64,000 bases of DNA, taken from assembly GCA_965153285.1 (NCBI GenBank), contig OZ229114.1. One strand, written 5' to 3'. Within the stretch, counting starts at the first letter, position 1. Each line of letters starts with the position of its first letter. The stretch is from Podarcis tiliguerta. Lineage: Eukaryota. Below the pieces are notes generated by a model. That model was not told where the DNA came from. It saw nothing but the letters and a program-made list of their open reading frames with translations, and made no database searches. Made by a program: the position numbers and the translations under genes. Positions 1-61,200 of this stretch are shown here, piece after piece.

Positions 1-3000
1 AAGCCTGATTGAATTCAGTAGGACTGACTTCTGCATAGACATGATTAGGATTGTGCTGGAAATGTTGAAAGGCAAGTCCAATAATCTACTCTTCCTCAGC
101 CCTCCAAATTTGATTGAGGACTATGATCCTTCTACTTGTTACTAAAAAATCACAAGAAAATCTAGGACAGATAACTCCCAGCACAAAAAAGTACAAGAAA
201 ATATAGTGGCACCTATAACTGCTCAGAAAGAAGCAGACTTGCATAAGTAAATGTTGAAAGGCAATTCTAATTAGCCCCTCTACATAACAATGTCTGTGGA
301 GAAAATTGCTACTAATTCTTATACTGACTGTACCAAATGCTATTTTTCCAATTGTAGAGGGAATCTTCTCTCACAATAATTTAGGTCCAAATTTAAGTCC
401 TCAAGCTGAGTTTTCAAAAGAGCCATGCTAATATGGAACAAAATGTCCTGAGGAATTAATTCTCATAACAATCACCTGCCGAGTCATGTGGGAAAGCTGT
501 CCTCTCCCATGTGGCTTTTGCACTTCTGTGATTTGTGTTTTGAGTTCAGTCACGTTGGATGTTCTCAGTGTTTTGGAATTCAGGATGCTAAGAGCATTAT
601 ATAATGTATGGAAACTCAGAGCTTTTGTGATTGCTGGATCTGGCTGGTTCTAAACTAACCAAGAGGATTTAAGAAAAGTCCAGGGGCTTAATCATTCAAT
701 AGAAGTGTGGTATATAAATCTCTGTATAAATTAAATTAATATCTACTTGCACATTCATTGGTGCATAAAGAAAGCTGGTATGACTTTTTTCAAGTGCCTT
801 TAACACTTGTGTAACAGACAGAAATTCAACAGGCACGTATTTTCTCAGTATGGAAGACACAGCAATGTCATATCATTTTCTTGTTGAATTTCTATGTCTT
901 AGGCAACTATTAAAGACACAGGAAACGAGAAGATTATAACTAAAATAATTCTTAAAAATATGCTCCGTAATAGTGATTGCTTTCTTTTTATCTGCTGCTA
1001 TGCTAATGAATATCATTAACAACTTTCTGGGTTGTGCTTTGCTATCAGTTTGCTATGTCATCTTCCCTCTTGCCGCAACAAAGTTTGATAGAAAGATGTT
1101 AAGTTTTAAGATAGGGCTTTACAGTAACATCTTGGGATCACCTGCTTTTCAGAGGTGAGATAGCCACTTCAGCCAATAAATTTTGAGTACCTTGAAAGGT
1201 GCCAAACACATCTGAGCCATGGGGCACAATCTGCCAGGAAGAAATGAAGAACTGTTCAAGAGCTTGTTTCCTAGTGTGGGATGTGCTAGTTGAATTCTCC
1301 TTTGTGGGTACCAGTCTGGCCAACTTTATACTGCTTAACAAAGCAAGCCCTTCCTATAGGACATCTTTTGTAGTTGGAACTGTGTGAGAGAATACTTTAA
1401 TTTGGAACTTGCTCAATCTCCCAGGAAAAACATCAATTAAAAATAGGCCTCAGTTAGACATTTCTGGGGAAAGCAGCACCTAAATTTGTGTGCTTGTCTA
1501 CTTTCTACAAGGTAGTTCTGCTTGCATCTCAACGTGCAACCTCTGTTTAACAGAAATGACAATAGCAGAAACCAATGTATGTCTGCTTGCTAATGCCAGC
1601 TGTGACACACTCATATACCCTCCCCAACTGTCTCACACCAAGCTCCTTTGATCCTTTAATGGTTAAAAGAATAGTAAGCAGTGTATTTCAGATACACATT
1701 AACATCTTGATTGCACGTGCTGATTACCTGTTCACCTCATAACCTGTTCTCCAGGTACTGTCTGGTGAGTAGGTCAGCACTTGTAATTCAAGAGTGCTCA
1801 CTGAACTAATTAGCAAGCTGCCTTAGGCATTCACAGGTTATGCATCATCGTCTCATATACTCATAAAATGAGGTTATACAAAGGAAACTATAGATTAATA
1901 AATGAAAATAAATACTTTTGGAATCCTTTTGTTGGTCCTCAGGTTGTAGGCATGGGAACTTTTAGAACAAACCAACCTGAAAATTTAAAATGTAGGCAGC
2001 ACTGGCCTAAGGATGTTTACTTCAAGTAAAGTCCCAGTGAGTTCATTGGCATTTCGTTCCTTAAGACTGCAGCCCAGTCATAAGCAGGTATGATGCACTA
2101 ACTTAAAGTCCCTTCAAATAATAGGGATGGTAGCCATAACTGCTTGTGTGAGTTCTAGGCAATACTACCAGAATGAAACTAAAGTCGTTTGTGGGTTTCC
2201 AGTTTCTCATTGGGAACTCCCTCTAACCAGCTTTGGCTTCCTATTACCAAACTTACTGCTGACATCCTTGAGGTAAATCACAAAAGAGTCTCAAAAGATT
2301 CCAAAATGAAGTACCTAAACTGAAGTAAGGAACTTTTTTAATTTCTTTAAAAATGAATGTTCCTTAGCACACAGACACACGAGACAACCATCACAACTGG
2401 GATAAAAGAACTCAAGGAAGGAATGGGGAAAGGGAACAATTCGTGGAGTGGGGCAAAGAAGGGGGTAGGGTAATAAGGCCAGGGGTAATTTATTGAGAGT
2501 GGCGTGGTTAGCGTGCACTTACTGTGTTGACGTTTGTTTAATTCCAGGCACTGTCAAATATCTCATCGCACATCTCTTTGCAAAAATGTCTCTTCCCGCC
2601 TTGCTCAGGGTAAAAGGTAAGTGTCCTGCTTCATCTTTACTTTTCTCTCAGAGTGAGAGGGCAAGCATGTTCTTAATCCAGCAGTCTAGTTTAAGTGTAG
2701 GTACATTTCTTATGTTTAGTCCTTTTCATGGTCCTTTTTGTTTGTTTGTATCTCTAATGCTGCATAGTTTGATCTTTTGATTATTTGCTGTAAGCAGCTT
2801 TGGGCACAACTCAAGTTGTGGAAAAGTGGCATATAAGTGAATCCATCTTCAGTCTTTCTTCTCCCTCACATGGCTATAAGCCTGGGGCCTCTTGCTCCTC
2901 ACTCTGCTCGCTGTCATCTCTGTTGCCAGCTTCACCGCCTATCACATTTTCGGGAAGATAACCTCTGCAGCAGGGTGCTTGCTGTCCTTGTGTAGACTCC

Positions 3001-3373
3001 CTACTTACTGAGAACCCAGATCTTACACAGGTAGAGGCAGCAGCTTCCTGCTGCACAGGTCCCTTTCTCATCACGTGGCAGTCAGTGAAATGGGTGGAAC
3101 AGGTGGGGTTCTCCTTCTCATTGTCCTGTGAGGCTTGAATGCCAAGGATGGCTTTTGCAGAAACCTATCTTGATATTTCAAGAGGGCAACTTCTCCAGAA
3201 TTTGAATCCCAAACATATCCTGTATAATGGTGGTGAGGTTAATGAAGCTTCCAAAATCATATGTAATTCACCTCCTGCATACCTCTGTCCAGATTTTGTA
3301 CTGAAGAGAATTAGGTCACATGAATTAATATGCCCAGTTCAGAATTACATCTCCAGCAGATGCTAGCTGTTAT

Positions 3374-3535
3374 GGGAAGGGCTGTGGCTCAGTGGGAGTG
3401 CATGTTTGCATGCAGAAGATCCCAGGGCATCTCCAGGGAGCCCTGTGAAGGACTCTTACCTGAAGCCCTGAAGAGCCAGTGCCAGTGAAAACATCCAGAA
3501 CTAGATGGGCCAACTAAATGGACATATATCTGACT
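3374..3535 (+). mobile_element. Degenerate tRNA-derived squamate SINE (Squam3-like)
   Basis: Head GGGCTGTGGCTCAGTGG...GCATGCAGAAGATCCCAGG...CATCTCCAG followed by a CCTGAAGCCCTGAAGAGCC core; boundaries approximate. Confidence 0.6.
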
Positions 3536-3596
3536 TGATATATGTCCACCTGGCATGGTATCATATATTAATAGCAGTCTGTTATCTGAGTTACCA

Positions 3597-3965
3597 GGGA
3601 CGTGGGTGGCGCTGTGGTCTAAACCACTGAGCCTCTTGGGCTTGCCAGTCAGAAGATCGGCGGTTCGAATCCCTGCAACGGGGTGAGCTCCATTGCTCAG
3701 TTCCAGCTCCTGCCAACCTAGCAGTTTGAAAGCATGCCCGCCCCCAAATGCAAGTAGATAAATAGGTACTGCTCCGGCGGGAAGGTAAATGGCATTTCTG
3801 TGTGCTGCTCTGGTGTTGGTGCTCTGTTGCGCCAGTCATGCTGGCCACATGATCTGGAAAAACTATCTGCGGACAAACTCCGGCTCCCTCGGCCTGTAAA
3901 ACGAGATGAGCGCCACAACCCCAGAGAAGTCTGCGACTGGACTGTCAGGGGTCCTTTACCTTTTA
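3597..3965 (+). mobile_element. Full-length Sauria SINE (Squam1-type)
   Basis: tRNA-like head GGGACGTGGGTGGCGCTGTGG...GGTTCGAATCCC, body GCAAGTAGATAAATAGGTAC...GCTGGCCACATGA, tail CCTTTACCTTTT; 13-bp TSD ATCTGAGTTACCA at 3584-3596 and 3966-3978. Confidence 0.9.
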
Positions 3966-4523
3966 ATCTGAGTTACCAGTTCTTATTTAACCAAAATGGT
4001 ACCACCCATGCAGAAGAGGGAGGGATCAGTATGCTTGAGATAACTGAGAGGTTTGCAAGAACTACACAAACTCTTGGGGTGGGGGCAGTTAAGGGGGTAC
4101 TTAGAAAAACAACAATTCCAAAATAGTATAATGAGGACTGAGCGTGTTGAGTGGGCAAAGAATTGACAGTGCTGCTGCTGCAGGGAAGAGGATTGTCAGC
4201 AGCTGGAGGTGGGGGCAAGAGAAGAGGATTGATAGTGGTATGGTCCGTTGGCCAGACCATGCTGAGGACCCCTTGAATCTGGTATCAGCCCTGCTTCCTG
4301 TAGTGCAATGAATCTTTCCCATAGCCTCCTTTGCTATTCCTCAAGTAAATATACAATTGTGTACATAATAGGCATAGAACATGATCTTCATTAGGACCAA
4401 GTAGTATTATAAATACCAGATAATGAATTCCAAGACCTTGCAATGCTTTTTTAAAAAAGAGAAGTAGGAGGAAGTTCAGATTTACAAAACATTTGCCCAC
4501 TAGTCCATCCATCATTTTCCAAA

Positions 4524-4529
4524 TTTATT
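4524..4529 (-). terminator. Candidate distal polyadenylation signal AATAAA of ZMIZ1
   Basis: Plus-strand tttatt at the end of the AU/UGUA-rich block. Other AATAAA hexamers occur further upstream in the UTR. Confidence 0.6.
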
Positions 4530-5295
4530 TAAGAAAAAAAATAACATGAGCAAAAATGAGAGTACTTTCAGTGTTACAAGAAAGTATATAAATGTCTAGC
4601 AATAGTCAATCTGATTTTTTTAAATACAAAATAACCACATGAACACCTAATATACAGGTTTCATTTGAATACATATTTATTAGATAAATATTAGGTTGTC
4701 ACATCATCTAACTACATACAGTTTTTCAAGACTAAAAATCACAATTATTTTTTTCTGACCAGTTTTAAAGTATGAAATGATTGCATTGTACTGTACATAC
4801 AATGTACAAACAAAGACAATGGCCATTTTTGCATGTTAATTCCGATTGTACTTTTTAAAATTCTCCTCTGATCACAATATCAAAAAATTGTACAAAGTGA
4901 ATTTGGTTACAATCTTTTTTATTATTTAATCCCCTTATTTTCTTCATTATTTTTGTAGCACCCTAAAAATACACAGGTGATAAGACTAGTACATTTAAGC
5001 TAGTTATTACATGAAGGGAAAAACAAAAAATGCAACAAAATTCTTTTCACAAAGGATCCAGAGTATATTACAAGAAGTGAAACAAATGTGGAGACTTCAC
5101 AAACGCTAACAAACAGGATTCATTTTCCACATAAGATGGAGCTTCAAGCTTTATTTTTTTCCTGCGAAATAAAAACAATGCACATTCCAAGGAAAATGAA
5201 TGCATTTCTGTTAACATGTCTCTATTTGCCATTTACATATGTACAGATGTCCCTGGAGTCTCCACTGCAGACATTAGTGTGTTTTCATAATCCTC

Positions 5296-5330
5296 TAATA
5301 ATAATTAATAATAATAACAACAATAATAAT
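5296..5330. repeat. (AAT/AAC)n microsatellite in the 3' UTR
   Basis: taataataattaataataataacaacaataataat. Confidence 0.8.
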
Positions 5331-8300
5331 GTCTTGGCAGTAGAAGTATAAATCTCTGTGGGTTCTTTTCCAGGTGGGTGTCTATAGGGAAACAATGAAA
5401 AAAACAAAACCCCAAAGCAAATGCCCCTGAAACAAGGATTTTTTAAAAATAAAATAAAAAAACCTTTGGTGATATAATTTTGCCCTTCAACACAAAAACA
5501 ACTAATTTACAGAACAATCCTATGTATGTCTACTCAGAAGCATTCATCAGGGTTTTTTCTCAGTTAACTGTGCATAGGATTGCAGATTTCTTAAACAACA
5601 CTATACCAACTTGATGGGCCTTGTTTCTGAGAAGACATGCATGGGGTTGCTATTTATTTAACAGGTTTTCTCCACATTATAACATGATGGCAGTGAGCAG
5701 ATAAGAAAAAACCATCAACCTTTTTTTTGTTTTGACTATCCTTAAACAGTCCCAGTAATTTAATAAGATGCTAATGTGGTCGTGTGAGAGAGAAAGTTGG
5801 GGGCATTCTGGGTTGACTTCACAAAGGCTGCCTCTTTGATAAATATGCCCTTTGATAAACTATTACGCAAGTACATGGCTAGATCTCAGCATCTGCTTCC
5901 ATCCGTTCACAAACACAGCTCAGGTAGCCCTTGTGCATAGTCAATCTGTCTCTTTCTACGAATCAGTGTACATGAAATCCACAGCTGCCAAAATGTGCAT
6001 TTAACTGTTACTAGAGAGAAGATTTCATCAAATGATAGAAAGCCTTATTATACCAAATATGTTTGTCTCAGGTGAGTCTCACCTTATGCCTCCTCAACAG
6101 GAACCTTTTTATAACGATGCATTTTGATTGCCATCAGCAAAAGCTAAACAATTTTGACTTTAAAATGGTTCCGTTTCCAGTTACACAGAACCCCCCCCCC
6201 TCAATTTTCAAGTAACTAGTTTTGATAGATGCATATCTAACAGTGGAGGAGCAATGCTAAAAAATAAAATAAAATTCAGTGCTAGAAGCTGAACAGGCAA
6301 ACGCACAGTATATGGCTTAACATAGGCCTACACAACTTGTGATCCATCAAACTGAATGCAACCCACCCACCATGTATTGTAGCCTACCAGTTGCTCGACT
6401 AAGAACATAACAACTCTGCTGGAGAAGGGCCAAGGTTCGTCTAGTCTACTAGTCTTTCACTAGTGGGTCTCACCTGATCTGAGGTGTGTCACAACAGGAG
6501 CACTATCACCATGCAAATATATGGCAGAAGATTAAGAAATAGATCCCCAAATGCATGTTTGAGGTCCTGGGTCTGAAAGGTTGAAGACTACTGATAGTCC
6601 ATCATTCTGCTTTCACAGTGGCCAATCAGATGCCTACAGGAAACGCACAAGCAGGACATGAGGACGGCAACACTCTCCTCTCTTGTGATTTCCAGCAACT
6701 GGTATTCAGAGGTATTTTTATTTATCTTTTTTTTTGCTTTTTCAATAAACAGTGGAACCGGAAGCTTTATTGCACTACTGGTGGGCCACAATACATGGCA
6801 ACGACAAGTGTGTGGCATTCGGTTTAGAGCTCATAGATTGTGTGTGAGAGGCTTTTTAAAAAATTAAGAATAATGTGTCAAATTATTAGCCTTAGCTGCT
6901 CATACAAATGATTTCATTGATTATGTAAATGATGCAGCAAAATGGTGCAGGGGGAAAGCTACTAAAACGAAAAGAAAAGAAAATGCATTTTTAATGGAAG
7001 GAAGCTCTAGACTTCAGTGTCACAGTGGTGTCCCATCTCAGTTGTGCCACCATTTAATAGTTGTGGCACCAGGTGTCCAATAATAAAGATCCTTTGCTAT
7101 GTATATACAGGATAAGAAACTATATTCTGTACTGCTTTCCCCTCTTCTACGCATAGGCCAGCATCCTTTTCAGAGGGATGTAAGTGAGAGCCTTAGAAAT
7201 AGCTTCTTTGCCTACAAAGCAGAAGTCTAGGGTGATACAGGTTAGGACAGTCACACTTCCTAGCTCATAACAATTTCTTTGCTGGGCTGCTGAGGACACT
7301 GGCCAGATGTAGAATATTTGTTGAAGAAACTGATAGGGCTAATTTATCAGAAGGAAAAATTGATGCTCCCTTAGTCCAAGAACCCTTTACAAAAAGAAAA
7401 AAGAAAAAGAAAAAAGACCCGCTCCCCCTGACTATGTATTTTAAAAACACATGTATATTCAGATTGTGAAAATGTTGAATATAATAATCAAAGACAATAC
7501 TAAAATATTCACAAAAGGTATTTACAACAGCAATTCTTAAAATAATTGATCTTGCATAATGAACAGCGCTTCTCTTGAAAAAAGGAACAAAATAAAAACC
7601 TCAATAATAAGGGTGGGGAGGGGAAAGGTAAATGTAGGAACATCTCTACATAAAATGTTTACAAATTCAACACTCCTAACTGGAAAATAATATAAGAACT
7701 AAAACTGCCATTTCCTGTAATATCTACAGCAAGGTGCTGTCGACTAGCATATATATATAACAAGATGCAAATACAGCAGTGGTGGTAGATGCTAAGAACA
7801 AATGCTGAAAGAATTTACAAGCATGACTTTGGTGAGGAGAGCAAATTCAGAATGAAATGCACAGGTCATGCCATTCGCAGAGGGCAAGGTGGGTGGAGTT
7901 TACACACTGAAACCAACACGCAAGAGTTCCATCTGGCACAAAATCGAAAGCCTACTGCTGAAATCAAAGATGGGACTATTGGATTGGATTCCGAACAGGG
8001 GACGAAGCAATCAAGGTGTATTATCCACAAAAAGCAATATTCTGTACACAGTAGGCAGAAGATGAAATGTTGGCCCGCAAGGGCAAAGTTGGCACACATG
8101 CACGTCTTAACACACAGGTACTATACAAAATTTATAAAGAGAGAACGACGGAGAGGACGCAGAAATGGGCCCAGAAGTGACTGGAAGCTCATGCAGGAGG
8201 GAAGCAACCACATGAGAAGCACAAATACCACGGAAGCATTGTGGCACGAGAGCCTGCTGTACGGTGGTACCAAAGGAACTGACTGTTCCCGTGCCCATTA

Positions 8301-9613
8301 TCCTTGGAAATATATTTTTTGAAAAGAAGAGGGAAAAGGTCCTGGCAGCTAAATGATACAATAAAACTGAAAAAGAGAAACAAAAAGGCAGAGCCACATA
8401 ACACAATTTGGAAAATGCAAAGCAAACCATCGGAGGGTGGGGGGAGAGATAAGGTGACTCTTATTGCAAACGTCTCCTTCAATTCCAAACAATTGTGAAC
8501 AGTTTTCCCCTCTATCTCTCTCCCCGCCCCCAAATATCTAGAAGTGAGAGCTCTTTTTCTCCACACTTTTGCTACATTTTCCTGTTAGGAACGGAGCAGT
8601 GATCTAACTTCGCAGGTTACAAAAATCGAAAGCTCTTGGTGATGGATCAACGGTTTACAGTTTTTCTCTTCTCCTACTTCATATGTGAATATGGTCTGCC
8701 CCCTTTTAATAGATGGCTGCTTTATTGTCACAAAAGGCAGTAATCTGAAACCAAATCCCTTAAGAAGAAGAAAAACAGAAAGGGAAAGAGAAGGACAGAA
8801 GAAAACAAGGTGTCCATGTATCTGTGTCAGAGCAAGGTAACTACCCTTCCTCTAAGAATAGAAAAAATAAAACAAAAAAATTGCTACGATTTAGAAAAGC
8901 ACGCTTGCCATACCCTGGAGATTCACTGGACTCTTCCACAATGGAGAAACCACTGTCTTAAGAAACAGATGCCTCCCTTGGCTGCATTTTGTATTTTTAT
9001 CCTACTTGTGACATCTTTATTGGTTTTTTTGTGCTTTTTGGTATTTGTTTTCTGTTTCTGAGTTTGTTTGGCTAGTCTAAATGTGCTGCCAAATAAGTTT
9101 TGTCCTTGTTGTGTCCGACAGAAGTGTACTGGGAGAGGGAGGGAAGGAACATAGTGGAACAGACAATACAGCATTAGGGCAGGAGGGAGAAAGAACTTAA
9201 TGGAAGAACACAAGTTGGAAGGACTTTCTGAAACTGGTCGCTTAGCATAGTTCTGTTGCCTTTCTTCCCTTGCTGAGACTGGTTTCTACTGCTGCTTCTC
9301 TCTAGGCATATCCCAAAACTCTTTTATCTCTCTGCATAATTAACAAGTGAGGTTTTCCACAGCTGCACAATCGATCTGTGAAGTAGAGTGGCAGTCTGTG
9401 AGGTCACCACCTTATTGTCCTCTTGCTTTTCCCCACCGCAGTTGATGAAGCTTGACTCAAGCAGTTCTGAGATGAAGTTAAGTAGGGAGTGTGCACCATT
9501 TGCTTAAGTTGTGAGTTTGTCCTTGTGAAAAAAGGGTGGCTTGGGATTCCTCACCGTGAAGCTACAGACTTGTCAAACAAGTGTGAGGTGTTGGGGACAA
9601 AACACAGAAGGCT

Positions 9614-58242
<48,629 letters not shown>

Positions 58243-61200
58243 CTGGAAACAAAAACACAAAAGCGGTTGGAAGAATGAATTCTGTATTACAGTCATGAAC
58301 ACACACACATATATGGATAAGAATATTGTTTAGATATTTACCAGTATAATGCTTACAATAAAAAAACCAAGCAACTCATCACCCCTGACCATTGGCTATA
58401 GTAGATGGGGCTGATGGGAGCTGGAATTTAAGATCATCTGGAGTGCCACAGGTTCATCTCTGATATAAACCGTTTTATTAAACTTTATTCTGAAGTATTC
58501 TGCTGTAATTTCATTTGCCTTGGTGATTAAAACCTTGGTCCACCAAAACTGGGTACCATAACCCTCTTCTTCCTTCATTTCTGTCCTTTCTAGCCTTACC
58601 ACTTCATTTGAAATCAGAATAGTCTCCAGTTATTATTTAAAGCAATAATAATGCAAGGCCTTACTTTAGTGTTTAGCACCCTGAGAAATGACTACATTTC
58701 ATGGGCTGCGCCAAGTTTTCGTAAGCAAAATATTTTCAGCATGAAAGGAAGGCTTTGGCAACTCCTCAGATACCCCCCCCCCCCAATTTTCCACTGTCAT
58801 GTCTTTCAACATAATTCTTTTGCCAGCTACATGGTCCCAGACCATCAGAGATCATGTAGTCAGCATGATGACGTCCCAAACCCAGACAGATTTGGATATG
58901 AGAAAATGCAACCATGCCCACTGATTAAGAAGTTAAGAAACACCGATCTCCCTAGTTGCTGGTCCCTGGTTTAAAACTGGGTAGGTATAACAACTGAAGG
59001 GGTTGCTTAGTGAGGAAGCTCACTGTTTTTTCTTTCTTTTAGAATTTCTATATCCCCTCTTCACTTTTAGTGATTAATCCCTTAAAGACAGCATGCGCAC
59101 TATGCTCTGGACTAATGTATTCTAAGCACAGAGAACTACTGTGAGCTCCTTCTCTCTATTAGCCAAAGAATCTGTCAACAAGCATTTGATCAAATTGTGC
59201 TCACCCTTTATCCCTGGCACATTATTACTAATGTGCCAGCAACAAAGGGTACTCGCCCTCCCTCTTTCCCCTCTCTTTTATGTTGCCTGGAGATAACAAT
59301 CACTATCTAACATTACACTGTGGCCACTTGAGTTCTGAGGGGGAAAAGCAGGGGGAGAAATGAACAAAGTGTTCTGGAAAAACTGTAAATGCAGCCAGTG
59401 TTGGCATAAAAGCAAATGCAGAGCACCTCCACACAAGCTGAACGCAATTACGGTGGTGTCGAATGGAAACCATCCATCTTAAGTGTAGCTTTGATGCAAG
59501 GGGTGAGTTGTTCCTCAAATGTGAGCATATAATGCTCTCGACAAATAAAGATAAAAGGAGGAAGCAGTCTAATGATTCTGTGACATGAATCTGCAAAGGA
59601 GTGCCAGTAAACCTGCTTTGCAGTGGGAGACAGACAAGGGGAAAAGCAAGAAAAGGAGTCGCAAAAGCAGAATACCACCTGGTTACCTGAAAGAAAGTTT
59701 CCCCTCACCAGCGTAAACAAGGTGAGATCAATATCCATGAAAGTAAATATCTGATTCATATATGTTGCAACTGTGAAACATAAAACATCACAGCATGGCC
59801 CTCCTTTAGGTAGATGCGTCATACATCTGTGTTTGTGGTAGGTGGCTGTTTGGGTTTTGTTAAAGCAAGAATTTCAGGGAAGAGAGATATTGAAATTACT
59901 CATTGCCATCTTTTACTTCTGGGATTTTTGGACATTTGTATAAAGGCAGAAATATTATGACGCCCATGGTGGGGAGAAATGGCCTGCATGTGTTAGTAAA
60001 GGCTCGATCTTGGAGTACAAGTCCTTGGGGAAGTTCTCTTGCACAAGCATCACAGAAATGAACAGGAGCTCTGCAAGATCTCCCACTCTGCTGTCCTTCA
60101 ATGCAACATGAAGCACATACCTCTCAACTGGTGTTATTTTATTTTTAATACTCATAAATTGCCTCTCCATGTTAACTATGAGCCTATAGTTATGCAGAGG
60201 CATTAAAAGCACACTGAAAACAGCTAAAACGAGCAAAACAGAAGTGCATTTAAATGCAACAACTCCAAAAACTGAGTTTCTCAGTTACGGTAATCCTCAG
60301 CAAAGACTGAAGGAGGCCAGCCTCTCCACAGAGGGCAACAACCAAGGCAACAGTATCCTGTGCTCTCATTGGCTAGTGTTTCTCGGTTTTTGGCAGGTGT
60401 ACTACTTAGAGACAGAAGGGAACCTTGGCCCCCAGAATTCAACCCACATGTGATTATTCCTCCAAAGCACCTGTATTTCTTGTCCACTCCCTGGTTATAA
60501 TTACAATTTCGTTTATCAACAACAAAATGGTCCAAAGCCACACGTCTCTTTTAAAATGTGTGTGTGTGTTGATTACACAGCAATAATGAGGGGACATAAA
60601 ACAGTAAATGCAACAATGCTCTTAAAAAGTTTTTCTTTTTTTGCATGAGCAATTTATATCCTGAACGTATCTAATAGTGGGACTGAAAACCCTGCAAATA
60701 ATCTTTTCCCCTACTGAAATGTGAAATGGTGCCGTTATTCCTCTTTTCCACCTCCTCCAAAGTCTTTGTGACTGAACATTAAATGAGCATAGACCGGAAA
60801 CAAAAGCATATCCTATCTTCTCCCTCTGCCGCAGAAGAATGACAGGGAGGAAACGTAAGAGTTTCCAGACCACTCTCTGCTACAGAAGCCTGCCTCCACT
60901 GTACCAGGCTGCATGTGGCCCAGGAAAATTGAATACACACAGGCCACCCACAGACCCATCTGGTGCAGCTGGATTTTGAAGAACATGACCATGCTCTGCC
61001 CATTCCAGTCAGATGAAACAAACAGAAAATTAATTTGCAGATTGCTCTATTCATCTTTAGCATGCTTTAGCTGCCGCTTTTTAGGCCCCAACTGTATTTA
61101 GGCACATCTCATCTCATTGAAACTCAAAGCACGAGAAACTCAGTATCACACTATAATGAACAGATAAAGCAGCAAGCACAAAGGACAGCCGCAGATGGTG

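Larger units (their letters stand above)
4505..9613 (-). other. ZMIZ1: Probable long 3' UTR of ZMIZ1 (~5.1 kb); the 3' end is approximate
   Basis: Follows the stop codon. It is U-rich on the sense strand, nearly free of transposons, and has dense UGUA motifs at 4570-5250 just upstream of an AATAAA. Confidence 0.65.

Noticed and set aside
1-3370. Neighbouring gene such as PPIF
   Set aside because: No cyclophilin-like or other recognisable coding exon was seen.
3597-3675. tRNA gene
   Set aside because: The A/B-box-like sequence is the head of a TSD-flanked Sauria SINE.
7789-8322. 177-aa plus-strand ORF
   Set aside because: It is antisense to the ZMIZ1 3' UTR, has no recognisable homology or splice structure, and is consistent with chance.
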